Of a stretch of DNA of 59,411 bases, positions 18,535 through 27,438 are shown piece by piece. The DNA comes from Candidatus Buchananbacteria bacterium. Lineage in GTDB: Bacteria > Patescibacteriota > Patescibacteriia > 2-01-FULL-39-33. The notes below the pieces were generated by a model that worked only from the letters and a program-made list of their open reading frames with translations, did not search any database and was not told the origin of the DNA. Made by a program: the position numbers and the translations under genes. Where the stretch lies: the NCBI GenBank assembly GCA_041666505.1, contig JBAYGU010000002.1:1-59411 (forward strand). The letters are read 5' to 3'. How positions within the stretch are numbered: position 1 is the first letter of the stretch; each line of letters starts with the position of its first letter.

Positions 18535-19716
18535 ATGTTCGGCAAATCAAAAAAACAAGATCTTCAGCCTTCTGAACAGCCTGCTATACCATCTACTGCC
18601 CAGGGCTATTCCGATGTTTATGTTATGCCTGAAAAATATATCGTTCAGACGGCTAAGGGAGGGGGCAAAGGGCTTTTGATCGCTTCGATTATCTTGATCG
18701 CAGTCATCCTGCTGACGGCCAGTTATTTGATTTATGATATGATGAGCAAGCAACCGGCGCCGGTCGTACCTGAAGTCATTCCGCCGCAGATAGAGATTGC
18801 TAATCCGGAGCCGCCGCTTGAGCCGGTTATCGCGACAACAACAATCGAAGTTGCTACTACTACAGAAGCGGCAACAACGACTGTGCCGGCAGCGCCTGCT
18901 GTTCTATTGCCCAGCAAGGATACGGATAACGACAGTCTGACTGATATTGAAGAGCCCGTTATGGGAACTATGCCGACTAATCCGGATACCGATGGCGATG
19001 GCTATAAAGATGGTATAGAAGTAGCAGCCGGCTATAATCCGACTAAGCCCGGTTCATCAAAATTGAATGAATCGCCGTTCATGGTTTCTTTGACGACGGC
19101 ATTTGATGTGGATAATTTAAAGTTCCTTTATCCTAAGGATTGGCAAGTCTCATTCATTAAGGCGAGCAAACAGGTGTTGATTACAACGGCGACCGGCGAA
19201 TTGATCAGGATTAGTATAAAAGATAATCAGCTGGCCCAATCGATTTTAGCCTGGTATTTGCAAGATCATCCTGAGGCGATAGTGAGCCAGATGAAGGTCG
19301 CTGAATCGGCGAAGTTGGCGGGAAATTTCGCGCCCAACGGCTTGGCGGCTTATTTGACCGATATTGCCAAATCAAAAATTTATATCATCGAGTATCTGGC
19401 CGGCCAGCAGACGGAATTAAGGTATCTGACGATTTTTAGCGCCATAATCAAGAGTATGGAGCCGATTGTCACGACTCCTGCGCCTACTGCCGCAGCCACG
19501 TCTACGCCGGGCAAGAGCTGTCTGGGTTATATGTGTGTCGAAGAGCCGTGCGGACCATTGCCGACGGGAGAAAATTCCTGTTTGAGTTCGACTCTTAAAT
19601 CAACTTGTTATGAGAAGGAATGTGTTGCCGATGCTGATTGCGGAGCCGGGCAAGTTTGTGCCGACATTTCCTGCTGGAGCGGCGATACTGCCGGACTAGC
19701 TAAGGTTTGCAAGTAG
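18535..19716 (+). CDS. membrane protein with TSP type-3-like repeats and Cys-rich C-terminus
   Basis: It has one TM helix (LLIASIILIAVILLTASYLIY), a Thr-rich linker, DTDNDSLTDIEE / DTDGDGYKDGIEV repeats and a C-terminal Cys cluster. Confidence 0.8.
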   Translation: MFGKSKKQDLQPSEQPAIPSTAQGYSDVYVMPEKYIVQTAKGGGKGLLIASIILIAVILLTASYLIYDMMSKQPAPVVPEVIPPQIEIANPEPPLEPVIATTTIEVATTTEAATTTVPAAPAVLLPSKDTDNDSLTDIEEPVMGTMPTNPDTDGDGYKDGIEVAAGYNPTKPGSSKLNESPFMVSLTTAFDVDNLKFLYPKDWQVSFIKASKQVLITTATGELIRISIKDNQLAQSILAWYLQDHPEAIVSQMKVAESAKLAGNFAPNGLAAYLTDIAKSKIYIIEYLAGQQTELRYLTIFSAIIKSMEPIVTTPAPTAAATSTPGKSCLGYMCVEEPCGPLPTGENSCLSSTLKSTCYEKECVADADCGAGQVCADISCWSGDTAGLAKVCK

Positions 19717-19719
19717 TCT

Positions 19720-20163
19720 ATGCTGCAATATGAAATATCCGGCGAGCCAAATAAATTAATTAATCGTGAGCTGATAAAAAAGAGCGTCGAAGCTTTTAAT
19801 TCGACTGTAAAAATCAGGGCAAAAAAAAATTTCTCCCTGGCTTTTGTTGACAGTCGAACAATTAGGAAATTCAATCGAGCCTATCGGGGTAAGGATAAAG
19901 TTACGGATGTTCTGAGTTTCGCTCAGCGTGACAGTGATTTTATCAGTCCCGGGGAAGAGAGGGAATTAGGAGAAATCCTGATCTGCTTATCCCGCGCTAA
20001 AAGCCAAGCCAAAGAATACGGCTGGACGCTGGATCATGAAGTCTGCCGCTTGCTCATACATGGCTTGGCCCATTTGATCGGCTATGAGCACGAAGGAGTC
20101 AGCAAGAAGGAAGAGGAAAAGATGGTGAAGTTTGAAGGGGGGGTAATGGAAAAATTATTCTAA
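19720..20163 (+). CDS. ybeY: rRNA maturation RNase YbeY
   Basis: 147 aa with the metal-binding motif HGLAHLIGYEH. Confidence 0.9.
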   Translation: MLQYEISGEPNKLINRELIKKSVEAFNSTVKIRAKKNFSLAFVDSRTIRKFNRAYRGKDKVTDVLSFAQRDSDFISPGEERELGEILICLSRAKSQAKEYGWTLDHEVCRLLIHGLAHLIGYEHEGVSKKEEEKMVKFEGGVMEKLF

Positions 20164-20214
20164 TATTGAATATTGAATATTTACAAATGAACACATTTTT
20201 TGTTCAGTCTGTAG

Positions 20215-20243
20215 TTGCCAGAGTTCATGCCCCATGCTATAAT
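20215..20243 (+). promoter_or_regulatory. sigma70-type promoter upstream of ftsA
   Basis: TTGCCA (20215-20220), a 17-nt spacer, then TATAAT (20238-20243) with an extended -10 TGc. Confidence 0.6.
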
Positions 20244-20269
20244 TTACTAGACTTTAAGATAATATCAAC

Positions 20270-21514
20270 ATGCTCAAAGACAATCTTATAACTGGACTCG
20301 ATATCGGTTCAACTGCCATCAGGATTGTTGTGGGCGAACGGCCGAAAAATGAATCCAAAATCAGAATTATTGGCGCTGTGGAAGGACCCTCAAAAGGCAT
20401 TTCCAAGGGTGTTGTTGTGGATCCGGATGATGCGATTTCTGCGATTTCTGCCGTTTTGGAAAAAGCGGAAAGAATGGTTGGCCAAGCTGTCGGCCATGCC
20501 TGGGTCGGGATAAACGGCAGCCACATTATCACTTCAGAAAGCCGAGGCGTTATTGCTGTTTCCAAAGTTAATGGAGAAATCCGCGAAGCCGATGTCGAGC
20601 GGGTTGTAGAAAATGCCAAGAGCGTATCCGCTCCGCCTAATTACGAAATACTCCATGTCATTCCGAAAAGCTTTACGGTTGACTCGCAAGTGGGCATCAA
20701 GGATCCCGTCGGCATGACTGGCATCCGCTTGGAAGTCGAAACGCAGATAATCCAAGGGCTTACGGCGCAGATAAAAAATCTGACTAATTGCGTCTATCGC
20801 ACCGGTTTAGAAATAGATGATTTAGTATTGTCCATTTTAGCGACGGCGGAAAGTGTTTTGACGAATCGCCAAAAGGATCTGGGCGTCGTGGTAATCAATG
20901 TTGGCGGCCGGACTACGTCATTGGCAGTATTCGAAGAGGGTGATCTGCTTCATACTGCAGTGATTCCGATCGGCTCGGATCATATTACTAATGATATCAA
21001 TTTGTTATTCAGGATTTCCATCGATACGGCTGATAAAATTAAGGTGCGTGAGGGCAGTTGCATGGCCAAGGAATTTAAGCGCCATGACGAGATGAAATTC
21101 GCGGCAGTCGGCGGCATCGAAGAAGGCTATTTCTCAAAGAAGCAAGTGGCCGAAGTCATCGAGGCGCGAGTCGAGGAGATATTCACTTATGTCGATAAGG
21201 AATTGAAGAAAATAAACAAGGCCGGACGCTTGCCTGCCGGAGCAGTCATTACCGGCGGCGGAGCCAAATTGGACGGCATTATAGAAGTCGCTAAAAGAGT
21301 TTTGCATTTGCCGGCTACCATCGGCTATCCTCATGATCTGGTTTCTTCATTGGATCGCGTGTCTGATCCGGCTTTTACGACTGCTGTCGGCTTGACGCTC
21401 TGGGGCAATCAGTTAATGAATAAATCTGGCTCGCGCGGCTCATCCGGCGGAGTCAATATAGTTGAATCAGCCCTTTCCGGAATCAAGAATATTTTCAAAT
21501 CATTATTGCCGTAG
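20270..21514 (+). CDS. ftsA: cell division protein FtsA
   Basis: Actin-fold ATPase: GLDIGSTAIRIVVGE, VVINVGGRTTSLAVFEEG, GAVITGGGAKLDGI. Confidence 0.9.
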   Translation: MLKDNLITGLDIGSTAIRIVVGERPKNESKIRIIGAVEGPSKGISKGVVVDPDDAISAISAVLEKAERMVGQAVGHAWVGINGSHIITSESRGVIAVSKVNGEIREADVERVVENAKSVSAPPNYEILHVIPKSFTVDSQVGIKDPVGMTGIRLEVETQIIQGLTAQIKNLTNCVYRTGLEIDDLVLSILATAESVLTNRQKDLGVVVINVGGRTTSLAVFEEGDLLHTAVIPIGSDHITNDINLLFRISIDTADKIKVREGSCMAKEFKRHDEMKFAAVGGIEEGYFSKKQVAEVIEARVEEIFTYVDKELKKINKAGRLPAGAVITGGGAKLDGIIEVAKRVLHLPATIGYPHDLVSSLDRVSDPAFTTAVGLTLWGNQLMNKSGSRGSSGGVNIVESALSGIKNIFKSLLP

Positions 21515-21563
21515 TTTATTAATTTTTTGCTTTTTTAATTTATTAATTTCTTAATTATTCTAT

Positions 21564-22355
21564 ATGCCAAGAAAATCACCCGCTACTGCAACCGGAATGT
21601 CAGCAGAAACTCCGGCTGTAAAAAAAGTTTCCCGTCGCAAGAATCCCAGCATGCCCTCGCCGAGCAATCAGCAATTTTCGCCTAGCCCGGAACCATTGAG
21701 ACGAATGAATAATCGATCATCTTCGCCTCTAGCCGCTGTCGTTCTGATTATTGTTCTTGTTCTTATCGCTGTCGGAGCATATTTCGCTTCGCAATATTTC
21801 AAGAACAAATCAGCTGAGGAAGCTATGCCTCAAGAATCAGTCGTTACTGAAGAACCTGCTGCCAGCGCTACTCCCGAAGCCCCAGTCGATCCGACTGCCA
21901 ATTGGCTGGTCTTTAATTTGCCGTCTGCTTCGACTTCCACTGCTTCATCATCTGCTATGTCATTTAAATATCCGAGCGAGCTGCAACTGACGCAAAATAC
22001 TAATAATTTGATTCTGAGTACTCCGAGCGTCAGCAGTACTCAAGTAAATATTAATTGGGTTAAAAGCAAGAAAACGTTGAAGGAATATTTGGCGGCGATG
22101 GATAGGATTAATCTGACAGCTTGGGAGGGCAAATCTTCAGTCGCAATAACGACTTCGACCGAAGCTGTTGTGATTTCCGGCTTTCCGGCTGTTTTTCGCC
22201 AGCAGAAGCTCTTGGCTGCTGATTTGAATCAGTATGTCACTTATGTCAAGACTGCCGATACGGTTTATGCCATCTCTTTGGCGGCGCCGGAATTGGATCA
22301 GAATCTCCTTTCATTTTTTGTTACCTTCTTGAATAATTTCAAACTCGGACAGTAA
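21564..22355 (+). CDS. hypothetical membrane-anchored protein between ftsA and ftsZ
   Basis: 263 aa. It has a basic/Pro-rich N-terminus, a single TM helix (LAAVVLIIVLVLIAVGAYFA) and an extracytoplasmic domain with no motif I recognise. Confidence 0.7.
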   Translation: MPRKSPATATGMSAETPAVKKVSRRKNPSMPSPSNQQFSPSPEPLRRMNNRSSSPLAAVVLIIVLVLIAVGAYFASQYFKNKSAEEAMPQESVVTEEPAASATPEAPVDPTANWLVFNLPSASTSTASSSAMSFKYPSELQLTQNTNNLILSTPSVSSTQVNINWVKSKKTLKEYLAAMDRINLTAWEGKSSVAITTSTEAVVISGFPAVFRQQKLLAADLNQYVTYVKTADTVYAISLAAPELDQNLLSFFVTFLNNFKLGQ

Positions 22356-22386
22356 ATAATAATTGTAAAATTGTAATTTTTCCATT

Positions 22387-23757
22387 ATGCCTGAAATAAA
22401 ACCGGATATTGAAACAATAGCTAAAATAAAAGTTGTCGGAGTGGGGGGATCGGGCGGATCAGCTGTGAATCGAATGATCGCAACGAAAATTCGCGGCGTG
22501 GATTTTATCGCTGTCAATACGGATGTCCAGGCTTTGCTCCATAGCACAGCCAAGACGAAATTCCATATCGGACAGAAAATCACCCGAGGCTTGGGAGCAG
22601 GCATGAATCCGGCTGTCGGCTTGGCCTCTGCGCAGGAGAATGCTGCAGAAATCAAGGATATTCTCAAAGGCTCGGATATGGTGTTTATTACTTGCGGACT
22701 CGGCGGCGGCACCGGTACCGGCGCTTCGCCGGTTATTGCGCAGATTGCCAAAGAGGCGGGAGCCTTGGTGGTAGCTGTCGTTACCAAGCCGTTCGCCTTC
22801 GAAGGCAAGCAGCGGTTGAAAATAGCTGATGAAGGCTTGGAATTCTTGCGTCCGAATGTCGATGCCATCATCACTATTCCTAATGAAAAAATCTGGCAGA
22901 TAATCGATCAGAAGACTTCGTTTATGGATGCCTTCAAGGAAGTCGATGACATCTTGCGCCAGGGCATTCAGGGCATTTCTGAAATTATTACTGTTCCCGC
23001 CATAATCAATGTTGATTTCGCCGATGTCAAGGCGATCATGAAGGATGCCGGCTCGGCTTTGATGTCTATCGGCGAAGCTTCGGGAGAGAATCGCGCCGTG
23101 ACTGCGGCCAAGATGGCTGTGGCCTCGCCGCTTTTGGACTTGTCCATCGACGGCGCCAAGGGCGTGTTGTTCGTCATCTCCGGCAGTTCCGATTTGACGA
23201 TGAATGAAGTCAATGAAATCGCTTCCATCATCACTGCGGGCGCTGATGAGAATGCCAAGATAATCTTCGGCGCCAATATCGATGAAACACTGAAGGATAA
23301 GATCAGGGTGACATTGGTGGCTACCGGTTTCGGCGAATCCCTGAAGAAACCGATGCGGCCGAGCGATCGCGGCGCCTGGGGCGATAAGATAAATAATATT
23401 TTTGTCGATAAGACTCCGGACAAGGAAGATTCCGGCCCGAGATTTGGCACCAAGGCCGTCGGCGGCGATAGCGAGCCGACCATAATCAGATCCCGCTCAA
23501 CCTCAGATGAGCATAAGAAATCATTTTTCGGTTTCGGCAATAGGGGTGGCAGCGAGGAGGATTTCGATGTGCCGCCGATTATCCGCCAAGGCGGGTCATT
23601 TAAGCCGATCGAAGTCGTTTCGCGCGATGAAGAATCGGTTATGCAGGATGATTTTGATGTCCCGCCCGTCCGCATGCGCCAGGATGAGCCCTTAATGAGC
23701 GATGAAGACGATGAGGATCTGGAATTGCCTAGCTTTATCAGGAAGAAAATGAAATAG
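22387..23757 (+). CDS. ftsZ: cell division protein FtsZ
   Basis: Contains the tubulin signature GGGTGTGASPVIA and NTDVQAL. The C-terminal peptide DLELPSFIRKKMK is preceded by two DFDVPP repeats. Confidence 0.95.
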   Translation: MPEIKPDIETIAKIKVVGVGGSGGSAVNRMIATKIRGVDFIAVNTDVQALLHSTAKTKFHIGQKITRGLGAGMNPAVGLASAQENAAEIKDILKGSDMVFITCGLGGGTGTGASPVIAQIAKEAGALVVAVVTKPFAFEGKQRLKIADEGLEFLRPNVDAIITIPNEKIWQIIDQKTSFMDAFKEVDDILRQGIQGISEIITVPAIINVDFADVKAIMKDAGSALMSIGEASGENRAVTAAKMAVASPLLDLSIDGAKGVLFVISGSSDLTMNEVNEIASIITAGADENAKIIFGANIDETLKDKIRVTLVATGFGESLKKPMRPSDRGAWGDKINNIFVDKTPDKEDSGPRFGTKAVGGDSEPTIIRSRSTSDEHKKSFFGFGNRGGSEEDFDVPPIIRQGGSFKPIEVVSRDEESVMQDDFDVPPVRMRQDEPLMSDEDDEDLELPSFIRKKMK

Positions 23758-23780
23758 TTTATATATTTAATATGTTAAAA

Positions 23781-23912
23781 CAATCCGCTTCGGGGGTTGT
23801 CCCATTACTCGATTTTTCAGGAATTTTTCAAAAAACAGAAGCTAAAATTAGCTAAAAATTTTTTGCAAAATCACCAAAAACGGAGTTTTGGGACAGCCCC
23901 TTCGGCGGATTG
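23781..23912. repeat. 24-nt inverted repeats enclosing 84 nt, ending in a T7 run (likely ftsZ terminator or tiny MITE)
   Basis: caatccgcttcgggggttgtccca (23781-23804) pairs with tgggacagccccttcggcggattg (23889-23912), followed by ttttttt. Each arm also contains a C-TTCG-G loop. Confidence 0.55.
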
Positions 23913-23978
23913 TTTTTTTGAAATTATATCTTATCCACACCAGGCGATTTAATTCAAAAACCCCTGTAAAAATCCAGC

Positions 23979-24007
23979 TTGTCAGAGGGCGTGAGTGCGG
24001 GTATAAT
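23979..24007 (+). promoter_or_regulatory. sigma70-type promoter upstream of nrdD
   Basis: TTGTCA (23979-23984), a 17-nt spacer, then TATAAT (24002-24007). Confidence 0.6.
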
Positions 24008-24077
24008 TATATAACTAAGGAGGGTGCTTCCGTACCCGGATCGGCCGGTTACAAATTAAAATTGATCATAAACCAAC

Positions 24078-27000
24078 ATGGAATCCCAGATTAAACAGAT
24101 TAGGAAACGCAACGGAGAAATAGCTGATTTCGACCAATCCAAGGTCACTTCGGCCGTTTACAAGTCACTTATGGCTGTCGGCCGCGATGATGAAGCCTTG
24201 GCTCTTAGGCTGTCTGATCAGGTGGTGCAGATCTTGAATAACAAATTCCATTTCCGTTCCATTCCTGCCATCGAAGAGGTGCAGGATATCGTGGAAGAGG
24301 TTCTGATCAAGGAGGATTTGGTCAAAGCGGCCAAAGCCTACATTATTTACCGCGAACAGCATGCCCGGCTGCGCGAATTGAAGCAACTATTAGACTCTAA
24401 TGACATTATTGAGGGCTATTTGAAGAAAATGGACTGGCGCGTCAAGGAGAATGCCAACATGGCGTATTCTTTGCAGGGCTTGAATAACCACGTCGCCTCG
24501 GCTGTTTCTGCCCACTATTGGCTCAATAAGATCTATCCGCCGGAAATCCGTAACGCCCATGTCGACGGCACGATGCATATCCATGATCTGCAGATTCTGG
24601 CCGTCTATTGCTGCGGTTGGGATTTGCAGACTCTGATCCGGGTCGGCTTTTGCGGCGTCGAAGGCAAAGTGCAATCCAAGCCGCCAAAGAGATTCCGTTC
24701 AGCTCTGGGCCAGGTGGTGAATTTCTTTTATACATTACAGGGCGAGGCTGCCGGCGCGCAGGCTTTTGCTAGTTTCGATACTCTCTTAGCTCCCTTCATC
24801 CGCTATGAAGGTCTGGATTACAAGCAAGTCAAGCAGGGCATCCAAGAATTCATCTTCAATATGAATGTGCCGACCCGGGTCGGCTTCCAATGCATGTCCC
24901 AGGATACGGAAATCCTGACTGCTCAAGGTTGGAAGGGTTACAAGGGTGTTAAGGAAAAAGATATTATCGCCACTTTTAATACTGATTCTGGCATTATGGA
25001 ATATCTGCCAGTCAAGCGCGTTTTTGCCCGCGAGTATAAGGGTAAAATGTATAATTTAAAGAATCGCATCAGCGATCAGCTGATTTCGCCGGAACATCGC
25101 GTTGTCAGGAGACAATTTAATGGTGGCGGGTATGTTTTGGAGCCGATTGAAAAGGTGTTGAATTTAAAATCGCCGTTTATTGTGCCGGTGGGGTCTTTGG
25201 GCAATGTTTCCGGAGATAATTCCTTAAGCGATGCTTGGGTTAAATTTTTGGCTTGGACGATTGCCGAAGGCACGCTGGATAAGGGAGAAAGAGGCGCCGG
25301 TAGAGTCAGTATTTATCAGTCTAAAGAGGTAAAGCCGAGCGAATATGAAGAAATCAAGGCCTTATGCGAGGAATTAGGCTTGGCTTATACGGAAAGGACA
25401 CAGACCGGCTTGGGGTCGGATTGTCAGGTTTTGCGTTTTGATTCGCCGTCAACTAAGAAAATTCTGAAGTTTTTCGGCGGCGATAAATCCGCCGGCATTA
25501 AATTTATTCCGAAAGAAATCTTATCGGCGGATACGGAAACTGCCAGATTATTTTTGGAAACATATATCAAGGGCGACGGACATGACGAGTGCAAAATCAC
25601 CACGACTTTGGAAGCGATTAAAGATGATTTATTGATGGTGGCGGCTAATGCCGGTTTTGGAGCGACAGTTTTAATCAGGAAACCGGATAATAATTTATCG
25701 AAAAAAGACAGATATATAATTCGCTTAATCAAACATGTCGATACCTATATTAATGAAGTCAAACAGGTTGATTATAATGGAATAATCTGGTGTCCGAATA
25801 CTGATAACGAAACAGTAATCGCTCGCAGGAATGGCAAGATTTTTATTACCGGTAATACGCCATTTACAAATTTAACCTTCGATTTGACTTGCCCTTCGAC
25901 CATGGCTAATGAGCCGGTTTTATTGGGCGGCATACCGCAGCGCGAGACTTACAAGGAATTCCAGATGGAGATGAATCTGATTAATCGCGCTTTTGCCGAA
26001 GTCATGATGGAAGGCGATGCCAAGGGCCGGGTTTTCACTTTCCCCATTCCGACGTATAATATAAGCAAGGACTTCGATTGGGACAATGAGGTCTTAGATC
26101 CGATTTGGGAGATGACGGCCAAGTACGGCATTCCTTATTTCGCTAATTTCGTCAATTCCGACATGAAGGCGGAGGATGCCCGTTCCATGTGCTGCCGCTT
26201 AAGGCTGGATAACCGCGTATTAAGGAAGCGTGGCGGCGGTCTTTTCGCCGCTAATCCATTGACCGGCTCAATCGGCGTCGTTACCATTAATTTGCCCCGT
26301 ATCGGTTATCTGTCCAAAGGCAATGAGCAGGCGTTCTTTTCCCGCTTATCGCAGATTATGGAGCTGTCCCGCCAATCGCTTAAATTAAAGCGCAACGTCT
26401 TGGAGAATTTCACCGACATGGGCCTGTATCCTTACGCTCGATTCTATTTGTCGGAAATTAAGGAGCGTTTCGGCCAGTATTGGAGGAATCATTTCAATAC
26501 CATCGGCATCAACGGCATGAACGAGACGATAATGAATTTCTTGGGCAAGCCCTTGAGTTCTAAGGAAGGCGGAGAATTTGCTGAGAAGATTATGGATTTC
26601 ATGCTGTCGCGCCTGGTGCAATATCAGGAAGAAGATGATCAGATGTATAATCTGGAAGCCACGCCGGCGGAAGGCGCTACTTATCGTTTTGCCAAGAAAG
26701 ACAAGGAGCTTTATCCCGATATCATCGTGGCCAATGAGGAGCAGTATCGCGACAACAGCGCGGCGCCGTATTACACCAATTCGTCGCATTTCCCTGTTAA
26801 TTATTCGACTGATATCTTCGATGTTTTGGAGAAGCAGGACGGCCTGCAGATAAAATATACCGGCGGGACAGTGGTGCATATATTCTTGGGTGAGAAGATG
26901 CCCGATATTGCTAGCACGAAGAATCTGGTCAAGAAAGTCGCCGAGAGTTTCCGCCTGCCTTATTACACCTTGACCCCGACTTTTTCCGTCTGTCCCAAGC

Positions 27001-27092
27001 ACGGCTATCTGGCGGGGGAGCATCGCTTCTGCCCGGTCTGCGATGATGAGATCGGCTACATCAGGGAGCAGAAAGAAAAATTACCACTTTAA
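24078..27092 (+). CDS. nrdD: anaerobic ribonucleoside-triphosphate reductase (class III), intein-containing, lacking the glycyl-radical tail
   Basis: It has an N-terminal ATP-cone (IRKRNGEIADFDQSKVTSAVYKS) and NrdD core blocks (TRVGFQ / TPFTNLTFD, MCCRLRLD). The C-terminal Zn ribbon is CPKH...CPVC. The ORF stops 17 codons after CPVC, without an RVxGY motif. Confidence 0.9.
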   Translation: MESQIKQIRKRNGEIADFDQSKVTSAVYKSLMAVGRDDEALALRLSDQVVQILNNKFHFRSIPAIEEVQDIVEEVLIKEDLVKAAKAYIIYREQHARLRELKQLLDSNDIIEGYLKKMDWRVKENANMAYSLQGLNNHVASAVSAHYWLNKIYPPEIRNAHVDGTMHIHDLQILAVYCCGWDLQTLIRVGFCGVEGKVQSKPPKRFRSALGQVVNFFYTLQGEAAGAQAFASFDTLLAPFIRYEGLDYKQVKQGIQEFIFNMNVPTRVGFQCMSQDTEILTAQGWKGYKGVKEKDIIATFNTDSGIMEYLPVKRVFAREYKGKMYNLKNRISDQLISPEHRVVRRQFNGGGYVLEPIEKVLNLKSPFIVPVGSLGNVSGDNSLSDAWVKFLAWTIAEGTLDKGERGAGRVSIYQSKEVKPSEYEEIKALCEELGLAYTERTQTGLGSDCQVLRFDSPSTKKILKFFGGDKSAGIKFIPKEILSADTETARLFLETYIKGDGHDECKITTTLEAIKDDLLMVAANAGFGATVLIRKPDNNLSKKDRYIIRLIKHVDTYINEVKQVDYNGIIWCPNTDNETVIARRNGKIFITGNTPFTNLTFDLTCPSTMANEPVLLGGIPQRETYKEFQMEMNLINRAFAEVMMEGDAKGRVFTFPIPTYNISKDFDWDNEVLDPIWEMTAKYGIPYFANFVNSDMKAEDARSMCCRLRLDNRVLRKRGGGLFAANPLTGSIGVVTINLPRIGYLSKGNEQAFFSRLSQIMELSRQSLKLKRNVLENFTDMGLYPYARFYLSEIKERFGQYWRNHFNTIGINGMNETIMNFLGKPLSSKEGGEFAEKIMDFMLSRLVQYQEEDDQMYNLEATPAEGATYRFAKKDKELYPDIIVANEEQYRDNSAAPYYTNSSHFPVNYSTDIFDVLEKQDGLQIKYTGGTVVHIFLGEKMPDIASTKNLVKKVAESFRLPYYTLTPTFSVCPKHGYLAGEHRFCPVCDDEIGYIREQKEKLPL
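24891..25856 (+). mobile_element. intein with LAGLIDADG homing-endonuclease domain (322 aa)
   Basis: It interrupts the conserved NrdD block VGFQ|TPFTNLTFD. It starts CMSQDTEILT and has a block B-like ISPEHRVV. LAGLIDADG-like motifs FLAWTIAEGTLDKG and FLETYIKGDGHDE are present. It ends FITGN, followed by the Thr +1 residue. Confidence 0.85.
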
Positions 27093-27100
27093 AAATACAT

Positions 27101-27403
27101 ATGTCTGGAATATTTGAATATAATCCCGGGTGTATCTCACAAGGAGAAATGAGGCCGGGAGGCCATTGTCTGAGTCCTGTTAATGATTATTATACAATTT
27201 TTGGAACTGAATTGGGCCATTTGTCGACCCATTTATTTATTTCATTGGCGATTGGATTGATATTGATCGCAGCATTGTTTCTTTTGAGAAAAAAAAGAGT
27301 AATCAAAAATTCATTTTATTGGATAATAATCATTCCAACCATAATAATAATTTTATTATTTTTCCTATTGGCTTATTATTTCCCGGTGTATGTTACTTAT
27401 TAA
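27101..27403 (+). CDS. small two-TM membrane protein inserted between the nrdD body and tail
   Basis: 100-aa ORF in a visibly AT-rich 346-nt segment. It uses the acatATG start context common in this window and has two hydrophobic helices. Confidence 0.5.
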   Translation: MSGIFEYNPGCISQGEMRPGGHCLSPVNDYYTIFGTELGHLSTHLFISLAIGLILIAALFLLRKKRVIKNSFYWIIIIPTIIIILLFFLLAYYFPVYVTY

Positions 27404-27438
27404 TTAATCTAAATATTTAATAAATAAATTGTAACCAT

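Noticed and set aside
23888-24094. ORF 23888..24094 (+, 68 aa) upstream of and overlapping nrdD
   Set aside because: It spans a terminator arm, a T-run and the nrdD promoter. It runs into the nrdD start in another frame and has no start context.
27093-27438. Group I intron between the nrdD body and the glycyl-radical exon
   Set aside because: It is attractive because T4 nrdD has one. However, the segment is extremely AT-rich, I see no P7/P3-type GC helices, and I cannot define splice sites that restore a frame. I keep it only as an alternative to be tested.
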